A stretch of 64,000 bases of DNA from Puniceicoccaceae bacterium (GTDB lineage: Bacteria; Verrucomicrobiota; Verrucomicrobiia; Opitutales; Coraliomargaritaceae): the NCBI GenBank assembly GCA_050301035.1, contig JBNKYT010000013.1:81796-145795 (forward strand), read 5' to 3'. Positions 38,700 through 49,257 of the stretch are shown piece after piece (position 1 is the stretch's first letter; each line of letters opens with the position of its first letter). A program made the translations under genes and the position numbers. A model generated the notes under the pieces. That model made no database searches, had not been told where the DNA came from, and saw only the letters and a list, made by a program, of their open reading frames with translations.

Positions 38700-40352
38700 T
38701 CAGCTTTTAGGTTTGGCGGCCGGCGGCTGACTCAACTGCCGGGCTTCGAGCGTCCACTCGGAAGACTGGGTAGCCCGCCCGGCGGTCGTGGCGACCTTGG
38801 ATCCGCCGCGCAGCAGCGCGATTCGCAGAGTTTTCCCCAGTCCTTTCTGATCGATCAATCGCTCGTAGACATCCAGCGCCAACTCCGTCTCTCCGAGTTG
38901 ATGCAGCAAATCGGCGATTTTTTTAACCAGAACCTGTTCATCCATCGAAAATACGGTGATATAACGGATAATACCCAGCACCTCCACGGCGTCCTTGTCC
39001 TGACCTTCGTCGACGTACAGCTTAGCCAACCCGTAGGCCAGCGCGAGCGAAGGTTGGGCAACAAACCGGGCCCGCGCGAAACTCACCGCCTCAGCCCCAC
39101 CGGACTCCGCCTTCAGACGATTGATCTGCCGCAGCACCAGATAAGTATTGAGGGCACCATCGCCCGATTGAGCCAACTGCGCGTCCAGGTCGACCTTAAA
39201 CGGTCGATACAGCGGATCGCCGATCGCGACGCCCTGCCAGCTCAAGCTCGGATTACTATACAAAGCGGCCTCCCCGAAGCTGTGCCCCTCCATCATGTAG
39301 CCAAGAAGCAACTGCGGGCGGTGCGTGTACTCCAAGTATGGCTCGTAGACATTTCCCACCATGGCGCAATAGCCTTGGCTGACAAATGCGCCCAGCCAAG
39401 CGGTGCTCTTGCTGCGCACGGTAGTCGCGGAAAAACTGTGCAGGTGAAATGCAATCGCTCCCGGCGGAACCGACCATTTGGCCTCGCGCCAAGGGCCGTA
39501 GGCATTCGGGCGATACCACCCCATGTAAATCGCGGGCGCATCGAAGCGGTCATTCAAATCCATAGGCCGCTTCGTGGTTTCGAAATCGGTATCGAAATAT
39601 GCGGCTTTGGCGAGGTCACCGGCGGCGTTGATCCATTCGTCCCCCTTCGCATGAGGCCCTCCGATATCGAAGTACGCACGCCCCTGCAGCCCCGTACGCT
39701 CCCCCTCCAGAGTGCGGTCGATCAGTTTGATCACACTGTCGGTAGATGGCCCATCCAGACGGGAAACGCGGATCAAGCGGGCCAGATCCGCCTGCGAAGG
39801 GTTCGCGTTGTTAAAGACCGGATTCGGGACGAAGGCCGTCATCGAAACATCCGAAGGCGCACAGAGCAACGCCAATTCGCCATCGACCGAACCCCGATTC
39901 ACGCGGAGCTGCTGCGGAATATTGGCGGCCCCGGGCTCCACTAGTGCCGGATCATTGGCGATACGCAGCGGGATACCACGTACCGTCACCAAATAGCTGA
40001 TCGAGTGGACTGCGACCGAAAGCCGCTCCCTCCCAAAGCGATCGAGCCCGGGACTCTTCACCCCTTCGATCCAGCCTTGGTCCATCAACACATCAAACAA
40101 TGGGTTGTAAACCGTATCGACATATTCGCGCACGCCGACGGTTTCCTTCGAACTGGTTTTCAGGGCGATAATGTTCGCCTCAGGAATGCCCCGCTGGGCA
40201 GCATAGTACTGGCCGATTTCTATGGATTCAGGATCGTTACCGTTGACCACAATAACCACCCTCGCCCCCTCATCGGTGCTCCGCCCGCAAGCCGTAGAGC
40301 CAAGAATGAATGCGAAACTGAACAAGAGAGAGAGTAGCTTCTGCGAAATCAT
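38700..40352 (-). CDS. Hypothetical lipoprotein with C-terminal TPR-like region (possibly TIGR03790-like)
   Basis: Lipoprotein signal (LLFSFAFILGSTAC). The N-terminal VVIVVNGNDPESIEIGQYYAAQRGIPEANII resembles what I recall of TIGR03790; this assignment is unverified. Confidence 0.6.
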   Translation of the reverse strand: MISQKLLSLLFSFAFILGSTACGRSTDEGARVVIVVNGNDPESIEIGQYYAAQRGIPEANIIALKTSSKETVGVREYVDTVYNPLFDVLMDQGWIEGVKSPGLDRFGRERLSVAVHSISYLVTVRGIPLRIANDPALVEPGAANIPQQLRVNRGSVDGELALLCAPSDVSMTAFVPNPVFNNANPSQADLARLIRVSRLDGPSTDSVIKLIDRTLEGERTGLQGRAYFDIGGPHAKGDEWINAAGDLAKAAYFDTDFETTKRPMDLNDRFDAPAIYMGWYRPNAYGPWREAKWSVPPGAIAFHLHSFSATTVRSKSTAWLGAFVSQGYCAMVGNVYEPYLEYTHRPQLLLGYMMEGHSFGEAALYSNPSLSWQGVAIGDPLYRPFKVDLDAQLAQSGDGALNTYLVLRQINRLKAESGGAEAVSFARARFVAQPSLALAYGLAKLYVDEGQDKDAVEVLGIIRYITVFSMDEQVLVKKIADLLHQLGETELALDVYERLIDQKGLGKTLRIALLRGGSKVATTAGRATQSSEWTLEARQLSQPPAAKPKS

Positions 40353-40353
40353 G

Positions 40354-41370
40354 TCACTGTATACGTTGGAGCCGGTTGCGATACGCGACTATGCCCTGAA
40401 ACAGGCTGCGGGCAAGCGTTTGGCGAAAACTTGAAGTTCGTAGCTTTTGTGCGGTTGCAGGATGTGAGACAAACCCCAATTCGACAAGAACGCCGGGACA
40501 GTGCAAATGCTTCAACACGACAAAACGCGCCCGCTTCAAGCCTCGGTCCGGGCCCCCTAGCCCTTCGACCAGAGAACGCTGGAGATGGTAACCGATTAAA
40601 GTATTCCACGGATCCTGCCGGTTCCCATCATAGGCGATGCGATCCCGCTGCTCCGGTTTGATATACTTGGAAGACGCCTGAAACTGCGGCGTCAGCGCAT
40701 ACGACTCGAAGCCCTCCGCCGAGGCCGACCCCGCCGCATTGAAATGCAAACTAATGAAAAGATCGCCCTTGGCACGGTTGGCCACCTCGGGGCGCTGCTC
40801 CAAAGGGACATAAACATCGCTGTCGCGCGTCATCACAACCTCATACCCCGCCTGCTCCAACAGTTGCTTGAGCCGACGGGAGACATCCAGCGTGAGTTCT
40901 TTCTCCTTCAAACCGTAGGCATCATTCCGGGCACCGCTGTCTTTGCCGCCATGCCCCGCATCAATCACAATGCGCTTCAGCCCCGGCCGGCCGTCAAAAA
41001 CTTGGGGCGTCAGGATCGGTTCGAGCACATGCTGGTAATCGTCACGGGAGATGAAGAGCTGGCCACGCGACTCGACCGTAGCAAATCCCAAGTGAACCGG
41101 AAGACGGTTGATCTCCAGAATACGCTTGTTTTTCCCGGCGTCGACCGTCGTCCACTTGCTACTGATCCGATAGGTTTTATACCCTCGCAGCCAGTACCCC
41201 CTCATACCAAAGCCCGAGGCCAAGGTCTGCAGATCGACATAAGCGCGCCCCTCCACTTGAATCTCCCGTGCAGACACCGAAATCGGCAGCAGCACTAAGA
41301 AACAAAACAGGAACGCGCTCGAATACAACGCGAGTCGTGAAGCACTCGTCTGAAGGGCTCCGACCCGCAT
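40354..41370 (-). CDS. N-acetylmuramoyl-L-alanine amidase
   Basis: Amidase_3 motif (IVIDAGHGGKDSGA...ISLHFNA) and an N-terminal signal sequence. Confidence 0.85.
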   Translation of the reverse strand: MRVGALQTSASRLALYSSAFLFCFLVLLPISVSAREIQVEGRAYVDLQTLASGFGMRGYWLRGYKTYRISSKWTTVDAGKNKRILEINRLPVHLGFATVESRGQLFISRDDYQHVLEPILTPQVFDGRPGLKRIVIDAGHGGKDSGARNDAYGLKEKELTLDVSRRLKQLLEQAGYEVVMTRDSDVYVPLEQRPEVANRAKGDLFISLHFNAAGSASAEGFESYALTPQFQASSKYIKPEQRDRIAYDGNRQDPWNTLIGYHLQRSLVEGLGGPDRGLKRARFVVLKHLHCPGVLVELGFVSHPATAQKLRTSSFRQTLARSLFQGIVAYRNRLQRIQ

Positions 41371-41377
41371 AGCTCAG

Positions 41378-42049
41378 TTACGACTGCGACTCGTGCTCTT
41401 CACCGTCCTCATCGTCGTCATCGAAATCATCTTCATCATGATCATCGCTGTCGTCGTAGACATCGTCCGGACGGTTGAATTTCAGTTTACGCTTACTTTC
41501 GGGCAGCGGAGAAAGAATCAGTGTCACCTGACGACCGACAAGCCGCGGTTCGGAGTCTTTGGTCGAGACGCCCTGAAGTTCTTCGGCAGCCAGCTTGACG
41601 CGCTCGTAACCGAGTTCGCGGTGCTCGTTTTCACGGCCACGGAACTGGAGAGTAAGCTTAACCTTGTTACCGTGATTCAGGAAGCCTTCGGCCCGGCGGA
41701 GTTTCGTCTCAAAGTCGTGCGAATCGATCGACACACGGAATTTCACTTCCTTCAGCTTAGTACTGTGCTGCTTCGTGTCCTTCTGCTTCTTGCTCTCCTC
41801 GTAGAGGAATTTCCCGAAATCCAAAATGCGGCAAACCGGAGGACGGGCCCCCGGAGAAAGCTCAATCAAATCGAGCCCGACCTTCTTGGCCAGCTCAAGC
41901 GCCTTTTTCGGCGTCATGACACCAAGGTTGGTGCCTTCGGGGCCGATCACACGGATTTCAGCCGCGCGAATACGATCATTTCTTCTTAAACCTTTCGGTC
42001 CACGATTCCGGCCCTGATTGCGGCCGCGAGAATTCGGGTATTTTGCCAT
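41378..42049 (-). CDS. infC: Translation initiation factor IF-3 with Arg/Gly/Asn-rich N-terminus and acidic C-terminal tail
   Basis: IF-3 core ([21 protein letters not shown]...[18 protein letters not shown]...). Ends in [29 protein letters not shown]. Confidence 0.9.
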   Translation of the reverse strand: MAKYPNSRGRNQGRNRGPKGLRRNDRIRAAEIRVIGPEGTNLGVMTPKKALELAKKVGLDLIELSPGARPPVCRILDFGKFLYEESKKQKDTKQHSTKLKEVKFRVSIDSHDFETKLRRAEGFLNHGNKVKLTLQFRGRENEHRELGYERVKLAAEELQGVSTKDSEPRLVGRQVTLILSPLPESKRKLKFNRPDDVYDDSDDHDEDDFDDDDEDGEEHESQS

Positions 42050-42253
42050 TAATTATTGTGTAGGGATACGTCTTGTAACGGATTTCAGTCGTAAAAACCT
42101 AAGTCAAAGCGAGGACGGCTCCGTGCCGCCCTGAATTCTGTCGCTTCATACCATATTCGGTTGTGATTGGTTAACCATACAAGATCTGCCACATTTAAGC
42201 ACTGGCATCGGCATTTCAACTCTTTTTCGCAGGCCAACCCCGGAAGTTAGGCA

Positions 42254-43435
42254 TTATTCGGCCAGCACCTCCAAGATCGTGCTCCCGATCGCATCGCAAA
42301 CCAGCCGACCGGCATGGGTGAGGCAAAGCCGGCCTGCTTGACGAGTGGCCAATCCTTCCCTTTCGAAACGGCGAAACAAGGGTTCCAATTGATCCAGCAA
42401 GCCGGGCGCGGGAAACTGGCGTCCGATCGCCTCAAGATCACAACCGGCATTCATCCTCAGGCCGAAAATAATCGCATCTGCCAACAATATGTCCTCGTCG
42501 AGAATGACCAGTTCGGCCTTCGGCGGTTGCCCGGCCTCCATCGCAGCCGCCCACTCGCCCAAATTCGCCGGCCGCTGGTAGCGCTCTCCGGCATACTGGC
42601 TCGCAGCGGAGGGCCCGCAACCGATCCATTCCTGCATGCGCCAAGTATTAATATTGTGAATACACTCGGCTCCCGGACGGGAAAAATTGGAAATCTCGTA
42701 CTGCCCGTAGCCCAACCCGCCGAGCAGCTCCCATCCGCGCTCGTAGAAGCGGAGCTCCTTCTCCTCGTCGATATTCACCTTCCCCTGCGAGAGCTTCACA
42801 TACAACGCAGTGTCTTCCTCGAATGTCAGGCAATACGTCGAGAGGTGCGAAGGCCCAAGCCGGGCCGCCTCGCGAATATCCGCCTCCCACTGCTCCAGCG
42901 ACTGATTCGGAATCGCAAACATGAGATCCAGATTACTCTGAGGAAAGCCCGCCGCCTGCACCCGCTCCCAAGCGGTGTAGATTTGGTTCGGACGGTGCAG
43001 CCGCCCCAGCGACTCCAGCAGTCCCGCATCAAAACTTTGCACGCCCATCGATATCCGGGTCACCCCGAGATCCCTCAACACGGCCAGCTTGTCCGCCTTC
43101 ACCGTGGAGGGCGCCATCTCAACGGTCCACTCGGCCGGCGGCTGCTGCAAGTTTTCAAGTAAAGAACGCCCGAGGCGCTCCAAATCTTTCGCTGCCAGCA
43201 AGCCCGGCGTACCACCGCCCCAGAAGACCGTCTCCACCACACGATCCTGCGGGAGCCGCTTAAACTCCTCATCCATCGCCGCCAGATAGCGCTCCAAGTC
43301 CCCCCGCTTCGGTTTCTCCTGATAGAAGGCGCAAAAATCGCAGGTCGAGGCGCAAAACGGCACATGGCAATAAACCCCCAGCTCTGGCACCGGAGGCATG
43401 GCATCTGTTTTTCGCTCTTTTTCTTGCAGGTTCAT
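42254..43435 (-). CDS. hemW: Radical SAM haem chaperone HemW (HemN-like)
   Basis: CxxxCxxC motif (CHVPFCASTCDFCAF) and size of 393 aa. Confidence 0.85.
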   Translation of the reverse strand: MNLQEKERKTDAMPPVPELGVYCHVPFCASTCDFCAFYQEKPKRGDLERYLAAMDEEFKRLPQDRVVETVFWGGGTPGLLAAKDLERLGRSLLENLQQPPAEWTVEMAPSTVKADKLAVLRDLGVTRISMGVQSFDAGLLESLGRLHRPNQIYTAWERVQAAGFPQSNLDLMFAIPNQSLEQWEADIREAARLGPSHLSTYCLTFEEDTALYVKLSQGKVNIDEEKELRFYERGWELLGGLGYGQYEISNFSRPGAECIHNINTWRMQEWIGCGPSAASQYAGERYQRPANLGEWAAAMEAGQPPKAELVILDEDILLADAIIFGLRMNAGCDLEAIGRQFPAPGLLDQLEPLFRRFEREGLATRQAGRLCLTHAGRLVCDAIGSTILEVLAE

Positions 43436-43465
43436 CGACAGGGGGCATACCTTCTGGCCATATTT

Positions 43466-44368
43466 ATGAAAGCCAAGCGCATTTTCCCCCTCTCCCTCTT
43501 AACCGCCGCGCTTTTACTAGCCGGTTGCAGTGTAAAGATCGCCAATATGACGCCCGCCACCGTACCGGCGAACCCCTCGGGCATCTACACGCTGAGCGCC
43601 AAGACCAATATCAAAAACGAAATGATCGACCGCTCCAGCCTGACCGCATCCGTGGTCATCGACGGGCAGCGCCACCCGATGACTCTCAGCGATATGGGCA
43701 ATGGCTTCTACGATTTCGACTACGCCATCCCTGAAGGCCGCCGGAACGCACGCTTCTACTACGTCGTGAACTACCGATTGAAAACCATCGGCGACACTCC
43801 GGGTGAATTGAAAGAAATCAAATCCCCGATCCAAGAGTTTCGCCTGATCGACCGCTACTCGATCACTCTGGACGCCGAGCGCGCCCCGATCGGCACACAA
43901 CTCGCCGTACTCGGCCGCGGCTTCGGCCCGGGAGACGTAGTCTATGTCGGAGACCGAGCAACCGATACCCGCTTCGTCTCGACCAATGCGCTGCAGTTCA
44001 TCGTCCCACCTCTCGCCCCAGGTAACGCCTACGCCGTCGACGTGCGCAACGGCTCGGACATTCAATCCGCCGGAGTGCTCCGTATCGATCCGGGCATCCC
44101 GCTCTCCGTCGCCCCCAACAGTCTGGAACTTTCGACCGGCCAGCGCCAAGCACTGGCCTTCGCGCTCGATTATCCCGCCCCTGCCGGAGGACTCTATCTC
44201 TCCGTCACGACCGACATCCCCGACAGCATCATCATGCCCGAAGTCTTCATCCCCGAAGGTGCCCGCACCGTGAATGTAACCGTCGAAGGCGGCGACGCGG
44301 GCAAAGGCACACTTTACGTCAAGGCCAACGGTCTGCCCGAACTCAAGATCCCCGTCACAATTCGATAG
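43466..44368 (+). CDS. Lipoprotein with IPT/TIG-like domain
   Basis: Lipobox (LLLAGCS) at ATG 43466. GTQLAVLGRGFGPGDVVYVGDRATDTRFVSTNALQFIVPPLAPGNAYAVDVRN looks like an IPT/TIG fold. Confidence 0.65.
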   Translation: MKAKRIFPLSLLTAALLLAGCSVKIANMTPATVPANPSGIYTLSAKTNIKNEMIDRSSLTASVVIDGQRHPMTLSDMGNGFYDFDYAIPEGRRNARFYYVVNYRLKTIGDTPGELKEIKSPIQEFRLIDRYSITLDAERAPIGTQLAVLGRGFGPGDVVYVGDRATDTRFVSTNALQFIVPPLAPGNAYAVDVRNGSDIQSAGVLRIDPGIPLSVAPNSLELSTGQRQALAFALDYPAPAGGLYLSVTTDIPDSIIMPEVFIPEGARTVNVTVEGGDAGKGTLYVKANGLPELKIPVTIR

Positions 44369-44424
44369 ATCGAGGCGTTTTCAGTTCGAAAACGGTCCGT
44401 CGAGAAATCGAGCCAAACAGGAGC

Positions 44425-44558
44425 GCCGAGGCAACTGGGGACTGATTGCCCTCCCCGGACGACTCGCATCGAACGGGAGGGAGGTTGTCCTCAACCTCCG
44501 CTGCGGGGGCGTTACCTGTCGGAAGCGTCGGGGCAACTGGCGACAGAAGCCCTCCCGG
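44425..44558 (+). repeat. 1.3-copy member of the 100-bp structured repeat family
   Basis: Core GGGAGGGAGGTTGTCCTCAACCTCCGCTGCGGG at 44475-44507 has one mismatch to the array core at 61388. It is preceded by a partial 3' unit (44425-44456) in the same orientation as the array. Confidence 0.75.
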
Positions 44559-44655
44559 ATGTTGATTGTCCCATGCCCCGTCCCTGCTCCCGGTCGCGGA
44601 AAGAGACCGCCCCCGCTCGAACATGCCGGACTGCCCCAGCGTATTTGAGATGAAC

Positions 44656-44684
44656 AAAAAAAACGACTCCGATTGGAGTCGTTT
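44656..44684 (-). terminator. Intrinsic terminator after the entericidin-like gene
   Basis: AAACGACTCC-GATT-GGAGTCGTTT stem-loop with an A-run on the plus strand, which is a T-run after the stem on the minus strand. Confidence 0.7.
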
Positions 44685-44709
44685 GATAAAGCGTCGTGCT
44701 CGCGAAAAT

Positions 44710-44847
44710 CTACTCCCCGGAACCTTGGATGTTTTTGCCCAGCGATTCAATATCCTCTCCTAATCCCTTGAAGGTGTTGCACCCGGCAAGGGCGAGAAGC
44801 GATACGGCGAGAAGAGATACAAGTAGTCGTTGCATGGATTTTTTCAT
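44710..44847 (-). CDS. Entericidin A/B-like small lipoprotein (45 aa, not in ORF track)
   Basis: My manual translation is MKKSMQRLLVSLLAVSLLALAGCNTFKGLGEDIESLGKNIQGSGE. The lipobox LAGC followed by NT.KG.GEDI..LG..I matches the EcnA/EcnB pattern. The gene has its own terminator. Confidence 0.75.
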   Translation of the reverse strand: MKKSMQRLLVSLLAVSLLALAGCNTFKGLGEDIESLGKNIQGSGE

Positions 44848-44911
44848 CGGTGATGATCATCGAAGATCCGGAAGCTTCAAGCAAGCCAAGAGCTGTTGAA
44901 CTTCTGCCACT

Positions 44912-44943
44912 AAAAAAGCCGGAGCGTTCCCGCTCCGGCTTTT
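44912..44943 (-). terminator. Intrinsic terminator after tpiA (bidirectional shape)
   Basis: AGCCGGAGCG-TTCC-CGCTCCGGCT flanked by an A-run and a T-run. Confidence 0.75.
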
Positions 44944-44964
44944 GAAATTCGTATCCGAAAACGA

Positions 44965-45744
44965 CTACTTCGATAGCTTGATCGCGCTTTCGACGATCCC
45001 GGCAAAGGAGTTGGCCTTGAGAGCCGCACCGCCGATGAGGCCGCCGTCGATGTTCTTTTGCGCCAGCAGTTCGTCGGCATTCTCGGGCTTCATGGAACCA
45101 CCGTAAAGGATGCGTACCTTATCAGCGGCTTCTTCACCGAGGAGACCGGCGAGGAGGCTGCGGATTTCAGCGTGCACTTCTTCGGCCATTTCGGGAGTGG
45201 CGGTCTTGCCAGTACCGATCGCCCAGACGGGCTCGTAAGCGATCACCAGAGCGTCCGCATTTTCGGCTTTCACTCCAACGAGGGCACCTTCGAGTTGGGT
45301 CTTGATCACTTCGTTCACCTTACCGGCTTCACGCTCTTCAAGCGTTTCACCGATGCAGACGATTGGCTTCAGGTTGGCAGCCAGTGCAGCGAGTGTCTTC
45401 TTGTTCACGATGGCATCCGTTTCGCCGAAGTATTCACGACGTTCCGAGTGACCAAGGATGACGAAATTGCAGAAGAGATGACGAAGCATCTCTGCTGAAA
45501 TTTCACCGGTGTAAGCACCCGATGCCTCGTAGTGCATGTTTTGGGCACCGAGAGAGACATTGGAGTCGTTCACTACTTTGGAGACGGCTTCGAGTGTCGT
45601 GAATGTCGGGCAGATGCAGACGGACACATCGGTTTGAGGACCGACGAGGCTGACCACGTCTTTCGCGAGCTCGGCGCCTTCGGCCGAGTTCAGATTCATT
45701 TTCCAGTTACCTGCGATGAGGTATTTGCGTGCTGTTTTGCTCAT
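44965..45744 (-). CDS. tpiA: Triosephosphate isomerase
   Basis: IAGNWKMN, GHSERR and AYEPVWAIGTG. I chose ATG 45744; the longer ORF would overlap pgk. Confidence 0.95.
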   Translation of the reverse strand: MSKTARKYLIAGNWKMNLNSAEGAELAKDVVSLVGPQTDVSVCICPTFTTLEAVSKVVNDSNVSLGAQNMHYEASGAYTGEISAEMLRHLFCNFVILGHSERREYFGETDAIVNKKTLAALAANLKPIVCIGETLEEREAGKVNEVIKTQLEGALVGVKAENADALVIAYEPVWAIGTGKTATPEMAEEVHAEIRSLLAGLLGEEAADKVRILYGGSMKPENADELLAQKNIDGGLIGGAALKANSFAGIVESAIKLSK

Positions 45745-45787
45745 AATTTTAAATGGCTGATTGTGATGGAAGACTAAACGATTCGAA

Positions 45788-46987
45788 TTAGTCCACGGTG
45801 TCGAGAACCGCCACGCCGGGAAGTTCCTTGCCTTCGAGGAACTCGAGAGATGCGCCGCCACCGGTGCTCATGAAGGTGACCTGATCGCCGTAGCCAGCCA
45901 TCTTGATCGCCTTGACGGAGTCACCGCCGCCGATGATCGAGCAGGCGTCGGATTCAGCAATGGTCTTGGCAACTGCGAACGTGCCCTTGTTGCAGGCATC
46001 GATTTCAAAAATGCCCATGGGGCCGTTCCAGAGAACGGTCTTGGCGTTTTTCACTTCGTTGCTGAAGAGTTCGATACTCTTCGGACCGATATCCACACCT
46101 TCCCAGCCGTCTTCGATGTTACCTTCGAAGAACTTGGTCTCGCCCACGGTGCCGGCACCGAAGTCGAGATCCTTGACTGCGAGGTTGTCAATGGGCAGCA
46201 GGAACTTAACGCCCTTGGCTTTCGCCTTTTCCAGCGCAGACTTGGCGGTCGGAATGTGATCGGGCTCGCTCAGCGAATCACCCACAGTACGGCCTTCAGC
46301 CAGTGCGAAAGTGTAAGCCATGGCACCACCGATGATGATGGTGTCGGCTTTTTCGAGCAGTGCGTCGATGACTTTGATCTTATCGGAAACCTTGGCACCG
46401 CCGAGGATCACGGTAAGGGGACGCTCGGGGTTGTTGGTCTTGTCGCCGAGGTATGCGAGTTCCTTCTCGATCAGAAGGCCGCAAACGTTGGGCGAGAGGA
46501 ACTTGGCGACACCGGCCGTGGAAGCGTGCGCACGGTGTGCGGTGCCGAAAGCGTCGTTGACGAAGGCATCGGCCAGCTTGGCCAGTGCGGCAGCAAATTC
46601 GGGATCGTTGTCGGTCTCACCCTTGTAGAAGCGGACGTTCTCGAGCAGAGCGACTTCACCGTCACCGAGCTTGGCGACTTCGGCTTCGACTTCTTCGCCG
46701 ATGCAGTCTTCGAGGAATGTCACAGGCTGGCCGAGCTTGGCAGCCAGTGCTTCCGCGACGGGCGCGAGGCTGAAAGCCGCGTTCTTCTCGCCCTTGGGGC
46801 GACCGAGGTGGCTGGCGAGGATGACCTTTGCGCCCTGCTTGACCAGATGCTGGATCGTGGGCAGTGCGGCAACGATACGGGAATCGTCGGAGATGGCCCC
46901 GTCTTTAAGCGGGACATTGAAGTCACAGCGGACGAATACGCGTTTGCCGGAAAGGTCGACGTCTTTGATGGATTTTGTGCGAGACAT
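45788..46987 (-). CDS. pgk: Phosphoglycerate kinase
   Basis: RCDFNVPL N-terminal motif and full-length PGK-like sequence of 399 aa. Confidence 0.97.
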   Translation of the reverse strand: MSRTKSIKDVDLSGKRVFVRCDFNVPLKDGAISDDSRIVAALPTIQHLVKQGAKVILASHLGRPKGEKNAAFSLAPVAEALAAKLGQPVTFLEDCIGEEVEAEVAKLGDGEVALLENVRFYKGETDNDPEFAAALAKLADAFVNDAFGTAHRAHASTAGVAKFLSPNVCGLLIEKELAYLGDKTNNPERPLTVILGGAKVSDKIKVIDALLEKADTIIIGGAMAYTFALAEGRTVGDSLSEPDHIPTAKSALEKAKAKGVKFLLPIDNLAVKDLDFGAGTVGETKFFEGNIEDGWEGVDIGPKSIELFSNEVKNAKTVLWNGPMGIFEIDACNKGTFAVAKTIAESDACSIIGGGDSVKAIKMAGYGDQVTFMSTGGGASLEFLEGKELPGVAVLDTVD

Positions 46988-47035
46988 ATGTTTTGAATCA
47001 GGAATTTAAAGTTAGGAGCGAAAAATCATTTTCCT

Positions 47036-47098
47036 CCAAAAAATAAAAAAGGCCGCCGCGATCAGAGTATCCGTTAGGGGAAACCTGCCGCGGCGGCC
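47036..47098 (-). terminator. Hairpin plus T-run between gap and pgk
   Basis: GGCCGCCGCG (47051-47060) pairs with CGCGGCGGCC (47089-47098) across a 28-nt loop. On the minus strand it is followed by TTTTTTATTTTTT. Confidence 0.6.
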
Positions 47099-47126
47099 AG
47101 AAAATCAATCGTTGATCACCAAATTC

Positions 47127-48156
<1,030 letters not shown>

Positions 48157-48425
48157 ATATCCTGTTTAGTTTTCAGTTTGAGATGAAATTTACGGAATTT
48201 GCACTTCTAGGCAGGTTCGATGCCTTGGCAAGTGTTATTCCGAGGATTCAAATTAATTGAACTGCGCCAAAACAGGCAAACTAATACGAGTCAGTCAAGC
48301 TATTAGTTGCCCTAAAGTTAATTTCGGACGCACACCCGCCACTAAGACGCACTCAGCAGGAGACACAAGCACGTACCGGAGAATTCGAGTTCGACCTTTG
48401 AAGTTCGCCACTAAATATTGCCGCC

Positions 48426-48848
48426 ATGATTCACACTATCTCCAACATCCGTGTCCGTTACGCGGAAACCGATCGCATGGATGTGGTCTACCACAGCAAC
48501 TATTTAATCTGGTTCGAGACCGCGCGCATCTTAATGCTCGATCAAATCGGCATCCCCTACCGGGAGATCGAAGCTCGCGGCCTGCTCTTGCCGGTTCTGA
48601 GCGCGACGGCGGAATACAAGCGCCCCGCACGATTCGACGACCGACTGGATGTGCATTTATATATGCGGGATAAACCGCGCGCACGTTTCCGCTTCGAATA
48701 CGAAGTGCGGCGCGGCGACGAACTCCTGGCCACCGGTACGACTTCGCACGGCTTCATGGACTTGGATGGTAAAGGCCAACGCCCCCCGCAGGATTTCCTC
48801 GAAAAGATCGAATCCGCATGGGCGCATGATATCACCGCAAGGTTGTAG
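48426..48848 (+). CDS. Acyl-CoA thioesterase (4HBT/YbgC family)
   Basis: IRVRYAETDRMDVVYHSNYLIWFETAR hotdog-fold N-terminus. Confidence 0.85.
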   Translation: MIHTISNIRVRYAETDRMDVVYHSNYLIWFETARILMLDQIGIPYREIEARGLLLPVLSATAEYKRPARFDDRLDVHLYMRDKPRARFRFEYEVRRGDELLATGTTSHGFMDLDGKGQRPPQDFLEKIESAWAHDITARL

Positions 48849-49065
48849 CGTACGGCTGCACATCCAGTTTCACAGGAAAACGATCAGCAGCGACCGCTGC
48901 TCTAACGACAGACGCGACCGATGTCACACGACATCGTGTTTGGCACTCCACTTCCGCCTAGTCGCGCGTGCTCTGCGACGACGGACTCAGCTCCAGTCGA
49001 CCAATTCTCTGCGACGGCGGCTAAAACACACTGCTCCCATTTCTGATCTCCAGCCGTGTGCAGAC

Positions 49066-49094
49066 ACAAAAAAATCCGCAACAGAGTTGCGGAT
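49066..49094 (-). terminator. Intrinsic terminator after tRNA-Val
   Basis: ATCCGCAA-CAGAG-TTGCGGAT with an A-run on the plus strand, which is a T-run after the stem on the minus strand. Confidence 0.7.
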
Positions 49095-49099
49095 TAAAA

Positions 49100-49176
<77 letters not shown>

Positions 49177-49257
49177 GTGATTGGGAAGGCGGAAATAAAT
49201 GTGCGGAAGATGGCCATAGCAAGAAAAAATTTGAAGAAATGAAAAAACTTATGAACT

